IMG/VR virus record: IMGVR_UViG_2061766007_001776
DNA from: an uncultured virus (IMG/VR IMGVR_UViG_2061766007_001776)
Lineage: Duplodnaviria > Heunggongvirae > Uroviricota > Caudoviricetes
Reading direction: 5' to 3' (one strand)
DNA: 46,538 nucleotides
A program made the position numbers and the translations under genes. Each line of letters opens with the position of its first letter. Position 1 is the first letter of the stretch. Under the pieces are notes generated by a model. The model did not search any database. It had not been told where the DNA came from and saw only the letters and a program-made list of their open reading frames with translations. Positions 38,401 to 46,538 of the stretch are shown here, one piece after another.

Positions 38401-41400
38401 TGCAGCGAATCCTATAAGTCCTTTATTTTCACCAAGCTTTGAAACGACTTTTACTATTGCGGAAACAACTCCAATTACAGCTAGTATTGGAACTGCAAAC
38501 ATTAACAAATATGAAATAAATCCATTAATATTGAGGCCAACAATTTCGCCCTTATCATTTCTTTTAACTACTTCGCTCATTGTTGCTTTAAGCATTTTGA
38601 TTGTAACTATGAATGTAACCATAGCTCCAATAATTGTTAAGAACATAAACGATATTGAAGTTAATCCAGTCTTAAATTTATTAGCTGCTAATCCGAATAA
38701 AGTCATAGCTAATAATAAAGCACCTAAACCAATGAAAGCACTAGTCAAATATTTATTAAGTGTTTTAAGTTTATCTTGAGGTATAAATGCTAAGGCTAAA
38801 CATATACCAATCAATGCGACTAATGATACAATTAATTTAGTAATAGCATTAGCTCTTGCTTCAAGTGCTTTTGCTTTAAAGTAATTTCCTATTTGTTTTA
38901 ATGTCTGAGCAGCATTCCTAAGCGTTTTAAGTAAAGCACCAGCACCAAGAACTTTCCTCAATACCTGCATTAACTTAATTGCTTGGAATGTACTAATTGT
39001 CTTAGCAATATTCTTTAAAGTATCTAATATAAATCCAACATCTCCACGTCTGAAACCATCAGCTAAATCTTTAATTGATGCTGACAAACCAGTAATCATT
39101 GTAGAGATAACAGGTCTAATAACATTTGTATAGAACCACTTGATAACAGCTGCAGCTCCAACTACAACTTCTTTAATGCTATTGAATGCACCAGCTAATT
39201 TACCTTCAGTTAGTACATCCTCTAAACCTAATAAAGCAACAATAGTGTGTCCTATCTTTGAAATAAGATTATCAAGTAATTCCCATATAAGCTCTAAGAA
39301 ATTCGAAATTCCTTCGCCATTCTTAAATCTATCAATAATATCTTTGAAACCACCAAAGTTCTGCCAAACAGCTTTAATTCTATCGCCAGCTTTCTTTAAA
39401 CTTGCAAGAAAACCAGTTAAGAATGAACCTTGTCCAGACTTCTTTATATCACTTATCTTTTTCTTTAATTGATCAATCGAATTTCCAATAAAACCAATTA
39501 CTGGAGATAATATCTTTAATAAGAATTCTCCAATTGGTTTAAGGAATCCGAGTATTTTCTTTACTATATCTCCGAGATCTTTAGCGGATACTTTAAGATC
39601 GTCTACTGAATCAGTGCCCTTGTCAACCGCAAAGATTATATCGCCTACAGCTGCAAGAATATCAACAATAAAATCGATTATCGGTTTAAGAATATTATAA
39701 ATAAATTCCAAACCAGGTATTACTATCTTCTTAATTAAACTAATAACAATCTTAGCAAGTATTCTTAATATTGAAACTGCACCTCGAACAATACTTGTCA
39801 ACTTAGCAACCGTTTCCTGACTTGGTACTAGATGAGAAGTAATTTCTTTTAGTTTAGCAGCTGCTTTATTAAGAAAGTCAATTACAGTTGTTCCTTGAGG
39901 TAAGAACGACTTAAATACATTCTTGATAATATCTTTTATTGTTGTTATCGGAGCGAATAGGTTCTTAACAGCCTGAGCTAAATCCGGAAAGAAGTTATTG
40001 ACAAATCCTAAATCATTTCCTTGTTCATCAACATTTCTTCGAGTTAACTCTTTCATCATCATGAAGAAATTAAAACCAGCTGCTCTTATCTTTTCACTAA
40101 AAGAAAAGAGTTTCATCGCTGATTCATTTTCTACAAATGTTTCATCCCATGCTGTTCTAAAGCTGGTTAACATCGACTTAAGTCCTGAACCAAATGCATA
40201 AATACCTTGGAACATAACTCTTCGGCCATTATATAAACCGTAGTCCATCTTTTCCTGCATTTCATCAATTTCAGCTTTAAGACGCTCTAATTGAGTTCTT
40301 CCACTTGAATCAACTAATTGAAGAGTACCAGGATTTCTATTTAATTCTTTCTGAAGAGCTTCATACTGGTTAATTTTCTTTTCCAGTTCTTTTGCCATGT
40401 CCTCTTCATAACCAGTTTTCCAATAATCAAATATATTACCTAATGTCCATAAACGATCAACAAAGATTTCATATAACGAGTTAGCCAAGTCAGTCCAAAT
40501 TTCCTTAGCTTCCTCGTAATCACCAAAAATATCTTGATAAATATGTAACCATACAGTACTTGCCGCATCTGTAGCAGATTCAATAGCTTCTGTAAATGTC
40601 TTAGCTTCCTGACCTGACTGGAAAGCCTTAATACCAAAATCAGAAATGTAATCTTTCCAATTGTCGAGAGCAGCTTGTGCCTTCTCTTCAGTACCACCAA
40701 ATATCTCAGCATATTCTTTCAAATATTCGAGGTATTCTTTTTCGCCAAGATTCTCTCTAGCTATTTCCTCTGAAACGTCGTTAACTTTCATATAGTCTTT
40801 AACAACGTCGTCAGTTACAACATTAACTTTTTTCCATTTCTTTAAAGTTTTATCGATTTCCTCATTCGACATCTTAGTGTTTCTGAATGATTCTTTTAAA
40901 ACTTTATTACGATCTTTAGCATTCTTTAATATTGTAGATGCTGTATCTTCATTATCTTCTGAATTATATATTTCATATACTTCGTCAACAGCCTCAGAAT
41001 ACTTTCCATAAACTGACATCATTACATCTTTTGTGAACCACTGACCTTTAGTTAAGTGTTCTGCAAAGTTTTGTAATGTAAATATTTCCTTGCCTGCATT
41101 CTCTCCAACAAGTGAAGTATATGTACCGTTTAAATTATCTTTAAGAGTTCCGACAGCAATAGCAGCCTCAACTGCATTCTTCTTGAACTCCATTGTGTCC
41201 ATGTTTAAGTTCTGAATACTCTTGTAATCTTCCTTACGCATTACACCAGCGCCCATTGCCTGTGACAACTGATACATCGCTCTAGAAGCTTCATTAGCAT
41301 TCTTACCTGAAAGTGATGCCCATAATGCAATACCCATCATTGCCTCGGTAGCATCATCCAAGCTCTGTCCTGTTGCGGTGAACTTACCAATTTCTCCAAC

Positions 41401-41850
41401 CATGCTAGTGAAATTGAATGAAGTTTCATCCGTAAAGAACATCAACTTTTCCAGGTTTTCATTTATCTTATCCATTGCATAACCCTGACCTTTGAGGGTT
41501 GCAATAGATGTAGTCATCTCGCCGTATTTAGTGAAACCACTTTTTAAAACTCCAGCAGTATTTTTGTAAATTGTATCAAATAAATTGTTTATAGGAGCAG
41601 CTAAGTCATTGGCGATACGACTCTTTAAGTTGTTAATAGCTTTCGCAAACACATTGTCAACATTAGCTGCTAATGTGAGTACTCCTTTTTCAATGTTTGC
41701 GAGTTGTTTTGTAACTACATTTTGATCCACATCCTTGAACATGAGCTTGTTGTTCATATCATCCAAGGTTTTTAAAGTCGCTTTACTCTTTGACTCGAAA
41801 TCAGAGGAGTCAAATCTCATCTGGACGACTCTTTCATCTATATCAACCAT
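32417..41850 (-). CDS. Tape measure protein (about 3,100 aa; split into three ORFs by assembly gaps)
   Basis: IDERVVQMRFD N-terminus, tape-measure domain (ASRAMYQLSQAMGAG), long hydrophobic helical region, repeated SPSK motifs in the two downstream segments; APFIFRAFKELEGVSFGTI duplicated across the 36111-36120 gap. Confidence 0.85.
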
Positions 41851-41874
41851 TTAAAGTAGTCCTCCTTCCTGCGA

Positions 41875-42288
41875 CTAATTTATTTTTTGATTTGTGTAAA
41901 ATGCTGGATCATTCACTTCTTCCCAAACTTCTTTTGCTATTTCATCGAATATTGGAGCTAGAGCTGGATTAATGAAATCAATTCCTTCAACCCAATATCC
42001 GTTTCGTGTAGCATGTCCTAACTGAATATACAATGCAACATTATACCAATCTTCTGAAAGGTTTCTATTGCACCAAGTTAATGTAAATTCGCCTTCTTTA
42101 TTCTCGGTAATGTCATAATACCAAGAATACGAAGTTACACCAGTAAGGATAGGTGTGTTATCTCTTAAGGCATTTACTCCGCGTTGTCCATATTTTCTCA
42201 AAGAATTTAAATACGATTTCTGCTGCTTTGCTTTATTAAGCCATCCTCGAGTTTTCTTCCAACTACCCTTACTGACCAACTTTATCAT
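41875..42288 (-). CDS. HK97 gp10-like tail component
   Basis: YGQRGVNAL..TP..TG...SW; IQLGHATRNGYWVEGIDFINPAL. Confidence 0.75.
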   Translation of the reverse strand: MIKLVSKGSWKKTRGWLNKAKQQKSYLNSLRKYGQRGVNALRDNTPILTGVTSYSWYYDITENKEGEFTLTWCNRNLSEDWYNVALYIQLGHATRNGYWVEGIDFINPALAPIFDEIAKEVWEEVNDPAFYTNQKIN

Positions 42289-42293
42289 TTATA

Positions 42294-42908
42294 TTATCCT
42301 TTCGTTCCGAGCTGCTGTAATCTCTGTTCATTGACCTTATCCCAGTTCTTTGCTCGATCATAAGCTGCCGCACGTTTCTTCTTCTTATCTTCTGGTGTAT
42401 TATCTTCGTTTACAATCTGTATAAGATTCATCAAACGACCAATATTCCATTTTTCAGCTTCAAATGGTATTTGCAATTCCACCATCCATGCATAAATAAC
42501 TTCACTTGTGAGAGTTCGACTTTTCTTCTTTGACTTTTTACTTTTATCCTCAGCTATCTTAGTAGCACTCATCGGATCAGCTAAATACTCAGCAATATCT
42601 TCCATATTTTTTTTAGTTAATCCGTAGAAGATTGTATCGTCAATATCTTCGAACTCCATATTGGTTACCATACATTTAATGAAGTAACGTGTCTCTTCCT
42701 CTGTTCTTTCTTCTTTTTGTTGTTGTTTAGAAACATAAGGATTATTTGTTTTTTCAGGTGGGAAATATGGTTTTTTATACTTCATTTCCCATCGAGCTAT
42801 TGCCAAAAGAGAATGTTCGAGTTTTAATTTAACTGTTTCTCCTTTTTTAATAAACTCGTTTGTTGCTTCATCGAACACTTCAAATGCTGGGATTGTAATT
42901 ATCAGCAT
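42294..42908 (-). CDS. Tail assembly chaperone-like protein 2
   Basis: Between tail tube and tape measure genes; LEHSLLAIARWE, TSEVIYAWM..IPFE.EKW motifs; ends LGTKG. Confidence 0.65.
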   Translation of the reverse strand: MLIITIPAFEVFDEATNEFIKKGETVKLKLEHSLLAIARWEMKYKKPYFPPEKTNNPYVSKQQQKEERTEEETRYFIKCMVTNMEFEDIDDTIFYGLTKKNMEDIAEYLADPMSATKIAEDKSKKSKKKSRTLTSEVIYAWMVELQIPFEAEKWNIGRLMNLIQIVNEDNTPEDKKKKRAAAYDRAKNWDKVNEQRLQQLGTKG

Positions 42909-42915
42909 TAATCAA

Positions 42916-43374
42916 TTATCCCTGAACAGGTTTTACTTCTTTAATTGGCGACTCGGCAACTATGTTCGGGAGTTTGCTATTTCCTTTAGCCTGTTCTTCA
43001 CGTATCTTCTCCTGAACATCCTGAGGAAGTATTTTCGTAATGAAATCTGACAATTTATCCGGATCCATAATAAGCTCCTGGAATATCTCGTCATATGCTA
43101 TAGAACACTTAAAGTTCTCAAGGATCTTTTCATTCTTGAAGAACTTGGTTCCATCGTCTGACTTTTCACCGTATGCTGAAGTAATAATATCTTCAACAAC
43201 AGCAATAAGTTCCTTAACATTAAGTTTATTCATGATGCTCTGGAACTTCTCCTGAAGACCGCCATCATACTTAACATTAAGACGAGTAATATCAGTCTTT
43301 GAAAGATAGAAGAGTACTTCTTCTTCTCTTGCAATACCATTGAAATCTGTGTATTTTACTATTTTCTTGTACAT
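42916..43374 (-). CDS. Tail assembly chaperone-like protein 1
   Basis: YTDFNG..REE...F.L, AYGEKSDDG..F.K; directly after tail tube genes. Confidence 0.7.
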   Translation of the reverse strand: MYKKIVKYTDFNGIAREEEVLFYLSKTDITRLNVKYDGGLQEKFQSIMNKLNVKELIAVVEDIITSAYGEKSDDGTKFFKNEKILENFKCSIAYDEIFQELIMDPDKLSDFITKILPQDVQEKIREEQAKGNSKLPNIVAESPIKEVKPVQG

Positions 43375-43395
43375 ATTTTTCTCCTTTTTAAGTTT

Positions 43396-43435
43396 AAAAA
43401 AAATAAGGGGTAACTTGTAAATTAGTCACCCCTTT
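43396..43435 (-). terminator. Intrinsic terminator after major tail genes
   Basis: AAGGGGTGACT/AGTTACCCCTT stem followed by ATTTTTTTT. Confidence 0.85.
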
Positions 43436-43458
43436 ATGCCCATTTTGATTTTTACTTA

Positions 43459-44214
43459 TCAGGTAGGCCAAGAGCCAGTTCTCAAATAAGTAACGAGTTC
43501 TGTCAGTGTAGGAACTGCAGCTGTGGTTCCATCGCCTTCACCAGGAGCTGAATCGTCTGTTCCATACAGATAGTTCTCGATTGCTGTACATGTGGCATTT
43601 GTAGTAGCGGTTCCACCGTTATTTGCAGTGATGCTATTTACATATACATGCGAACAAGGCTGAAGATCCTTAGCATTGCTTGATCCTCCAGCTGTATTAA
43701 TCTTCAGTGATGTGCTCGGAGGTACTGATGTAATCTCCCAGCTGAATTCCTGTGCTTCAGGTGAATCGTTCTCTGTAGCATGATCCATTTCTGAAGGTGA
43801 AGCAGTAAGACCCCAAGCGATATGAACTCTGTAAGCAAACTGATCGCCTACTACGTCATTACCCCAAAGTGATCTCCAGGAAATTGCAAACTTCTTTCTA
43901 GCCTGCTGACCGAAGAATGCTGCAATACCTGCTCTCTGAGCATTACCCATACAAGCATTGAATGCTGTAGGATAAGTATAAGCTTTGATAGTACCTTTCC
44001 AGTCTTCCTTCGAGATCAGTGAAAGGTATTTGATGTTGTCGGCGTAAATGTCATTAGCATCTGCTCCTTCGGGTGACTCGGTTATACCTGTAACACCATT
44101 CCAAGCAATACCATCGCCGTAGTTTCCAGAATCGTCCATCGGATAGAGAACAACTCTGTCAACACCGGTTTCAAACAGACGCTCGCCGTCTTTATCCCAC
44201 TGTAACTGTGCCAT
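43459..44214 (-). CDS. Major tail (tube) protein, paralogue 2
   Basis: ETGVDRVVLY, AWNG, IYADNIKYLSL, SPEAQEFSWE. Confidence 0.85.
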   Translation of the reverse strand: MAQLQWDKDGERLFETGVDRVVLYPMDDSGNYGDGIAWNGVTGITESPEGADANDIYADNIKYLSLISKEDWKGTIKAYTYPTAFNACMGNAQRAGIAAFFGQQARKKFAISWRSLWGNDVVGDQFAYRVHIAWGLTASPSEMDHATENDSPEAQEFSWEITSVPPSTSLKINTAGGSSNAKDLQPCSHVYVNSITANNGGTATTNATCTAIENYLYGTDDSAPGEGDGTTAAVPTLTELVTYLRTGSWPT

Positions 44215-44229
44215 GTCGTTCTCCTTTCA

Positions 44230-44916
44230 TTATAAGCTGTTGATCTCGGCAACGAAATCGTCAGGTGTAGGTAATGTAGAGTTTGTACCAGCTGTGCCAA
44301 AGAGTTTGTCTTCAAGCCAGCTATAAACATCTGCATTATCAACACTATCAACAACTATATGCGAAACAGGCTTAAGAACGTCTGAATCGCCAGTAAACTT
44401 AGTAGTAAATGCTTCCGGAATAGAGTTAATTTCCCAGCTAAATTCGGTAGCTTCAGGAGAATCATTAACTGTTGCATGATCTCTCTCTGAAGGAGCTGCT
44501 GTAAGACCATAAGCTACATGAAGCTTAAATCCATAAGCATCACCCTGAACTGCATTACCAACGATGGTTCTCCAAGCAACACCAAACTTAACGTGAGGCT
44601 GCTGACCGAAGAATACGCCCTTACGAGTTCCATCATCATATTCATACTCGCCCATACACTCGCTGAATTCCTTCGGATATGTATAAGCCTTAATTGTTCC
44701 CTTCCAGTTCTCTGCTGAGATCAGTGAGAGGTACTTAATGTTGTCTGCATAAATATCATTTGCATCTGCACCTTCAGGAGATTCTGTAACGCCGGTAACA
44801 CCATTCCAAGCAACGCCAGTAGAGTATCCGCTAGTGCCATACTTGAATAATACAACTCTGTCGACACCAGTCTCATAGATACGATCTTCTGCGGCATCCC
44901 ATGTTAAACGTGCCAT
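44230..44916 (-). CDS. Major tail (tube) protein, paralogue 1
   Basis: Same motifs as 43459-44214; strong RBS AAGGAGG. Confidence 0.85.
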   Translation of the reverse strand: MARLTWDAAEDRIYETGVDRVVLFKYGTSGYSTGVAWNGVTGVTESPEGADANDIYADNIKYLSLISAENWKGTIKAYTYPKEFSECMGEYEYDDGTRKGVFFGQQPHVKFGVAWRTIVGNAVQGDAYGFKLHVAYGLTAAPSERDHATVNDSPEATEFSWEINSIPEAFTTKFTGDSDVLKPVSHIVVDSVDNADVYSWLEDKLFGTAGTNSTLPTPDDFVAEINSL

Positions 44917-44935
44917 GGTTATTTCCTCCTTCTAT

Positions 44936-45235
44936 TTAATAAAAGATTGTGTACGCATCATGATGTAAATTATCTTTAGCATAATGATTCGTATGTCTAC
45001 ACTTAGGTAGCATTGTTAATTCCATTACTACGGGATCATCAGGATCTTTCGTAATGTAGCGCATCGAATAGCCAACATTTGTGAGATAAGTATTATTATC
45101 AGCATAGTTCTGATTAATACTGTTTCTACCATAAATAATGCAGGGATATTCGATACGTAATGACTCTGGAGGCTGGAAGTATACGTGAGGACAGATACGC
45201 TCCAGTATTTCATGGAGTTCTTCTCTTCTATTCAT
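44936..45235 (-). CDS. Tail completion/terminator-like protein
   Basis: ATG 45235 after GGAGGTG; VYFQPP....YPCIIY...DPD...DNLHH. Confidence 0.7.
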   Translation of the reverse strand: MNRREELHEILERICPHVYFQPPESLRIEYPCIIYGRNSINQNYADNNTYLTNVGYSMRYITKDPDDPVVMELTMLPKCRHTNHYAKDNLHHDAYTIFY

Positions 45236-45542
45236 GATACACACCTCCAAGAGACAATATCAACCGTGGATACTGAACGTCTACAGAAGTTACCTTCCAT
45301 TTGATGCCGTTCCATTCACAGTATATAATCGAGGCAATATTGGACAATGTAAATTTATCTTGGGCTACAATACTAATGTTATTCGAGATAGTCAAATCGT
45401 CATTAATATTCTCACCTTGCTGATTCCTATAGGAATTCCTAGTGATGTCGCCTTTGTAGGTTCGTTCCACTATGTCCTCGACCCAAACGCCATGACCTTT
45501 GTCAATAGTAGTTCGGTATCCAATCTTTCCACTAAATTTCAT
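45228..45542 (-). CDS. Head-tail adaptor / head closure-like protein
   Basis: MKFSGKIGY...ISIVA...WKVTSVDVQYPRLILSLGGVY; follows capsid gene. Confidence 0.7.
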   Translation of the reverse strand: MKFSGKIGYRTTIDKGHGVWVEDIVERTYKGDITRNSYRNQQGENINDDLTISNNISIVAQDKFTLSNIASIIYCEWNGIKWKVTSVDVQYPRLILSLGGVYHE

Positions 45543-45578
45543 TGTCCAATCACCTCATTTTGATTTCTTCAGATAAAA

Positions 45579-46538
45579 TTACTGAAGAAGCTTAAGTCCG
45601 CTGAATGAAAGAGTCTTAACAACTCTGTCACCGTTAAGCTCGCAAGTAACTCTGAGCTTCTGCTTGCTGCTCTTAACATAGATAACAGCATCCATATCTG
45701 CATCAAGAGTAACTTCTCTGTCATCGTTAAGTCCACCAATGGTCTGAATCTTAACAGTAGCACCCTCGCTAGCTTCGAACTGAAGTGCAAGATAGTGGCC
45801 TTCCTGCTCATCAGGATTTCCTGAGAATCCGGTGTAGCCAGTTACATAGTTAAGAACACCCTGGATTGAGAACTCGTTAACGAATACGTTCTCCTGAAGC
45901 TCTGATACAGTCTTTCCAAGAAGAACTGCTGAGCTATCCTTAGCCTGTACATCAAGAGTAAGATTGTAAACAAACTCAAATGCAATTGCAGAATAAGGAA
46001 TAACAAGAGCGCCTGAGAATCTTGATTCCATCAGGTACTTCTGCTGGTTGAAATCGATATCGAAATCATCGAAGAAGCTAAGCTCGCCACCCTTATCACG
46101 ACCGATTCTGTAGTCGTTAAGGTTAACAAGGATTGCTGCTAAGTACTTGGTATCGCCCTGATCGATTCTGCTAAGGCCTTCGAAGATAGGAACTTCAACG
46201 ATGTTCTTAACACGAAGAACGTTCTTAAGCTTGTCGATTGAATCATATACAAGACGTCCGGTAGGGATACCATTGCTGGTCTCTTCGATAAGAAGCATAT
46301 CGGAAAGAATATCTTCAGCTATGAACAAAGTAGGATTTCCTGAACCTCTGTAAAGCTTACGAGTCTTAACGATCTTCTTGATAAGAGCCTTTGCTCTGTT
46401 ATCATCTGTAGTAGCGGTTGTAACAGCAACTGAAGCCTTGATTGTGAACAGATCATCATCGGTCCAGATAGGTCTGATGTTGGTCTCTTTGATCTTATCA
46501 GGGCTAAGAGGATTACGTCCATCACCAACAAGGATTGC
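45579..46538 (-). CDS. Major capsid protein, C-terminal part (5' end outside window), with an extra C-terminal domain
   Basis: Frame open to the window edge: AILVGDGR...KIKETNIRPIWTDDD...YRGSGNPTLF...FDDFDIDFNQQKYLMESRFSGAL..PYSA, then ~125 additional residues. Confidence 0.85.
   Translation of the reverse strand, partial: AILVGDGRNPLSPDKIKETNIRPIWTDDDLFTIKASVAVTTATTDDNRAKALIKKIVKTRKLYRGSGNPTLFIAEDILSDMLLIEETSNGIPTGRLVYDSIDKLKNVLRVKNIVEVPIFEGLSRIDQGDTKYLAAILVNLNDYRIGRDKGGELSFFDDFDIDFNQQKYLMESRFSGALVIPYSAIAFEFVYNLTLDVQAKDSSAVLLGKTVSELQENVFVNEFSIQGVLNYVTGYTGFSGNPDEQEGHYLALQFEASEGATVKIQTIGGLNDDREVTLDADMDAVIYVKSSKQKLRVTCELNGDRVVKTLSFSGLKLLQ

Noticed and set aside
1..46538. Alternative genetic code (stop codon reassignment)
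   Set aside because: Genes are long and densely packed under the standard code; breaks coincide with N gaps, and TAA, TAG and TGA all end plausible genes.

Overview
Gapped metagenomic scaffold from the late (structural) region of a large, AT-rich tailed phage, siphovirus-like, probably infecting a Firmicutes/Clostridia host. All supported genes are on the minus strand. Reading from the right end: 3' part of the major capsid gene, head-tail proteins, two tandem major tail protein paralogues, two tail assembly chaperone-like genes, an HK97-gp10-like gene, a very long tape measure (about 3,100 aa across gaps), tail tip and fibre genes, holin and NlpC/P60 endolysin, a GT-B glycosyltransferase, more repeat-rich fibres, a conserved operon of unknown function, a tRNA-like RNA with an expanded anticodon arm, lectin-like proteins, a GT2 glycosyltransferase next to a Thr-rich mucin-like repeat protein, and a cluster of paralogues. 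These paralogues share an N-terminal 'MNRxEFYxNL...LxH(YGIxGQKWG)' leader but have different C-termini; a related fragment has a papain-fold Cys-His-Asp toxin-like domain followed by a candidate immunity gene. Best candidates for new biology: (1) this leader-tagged polymorphic cargo/effector family, (2) the glycosyltransferase plus mucin-like protein module, (3) the tRNA-like RNA, (4) a strand-specific AAWTCAAAATRG gene-boundary motif, and (5) a structured holin leader with an anti-Shine-Dalgarno loop. The first ~8 kb is scrambled at N gaps, so several ORF-track proteins there are chimeras. Family assignments are from motif recognition, not database searches.
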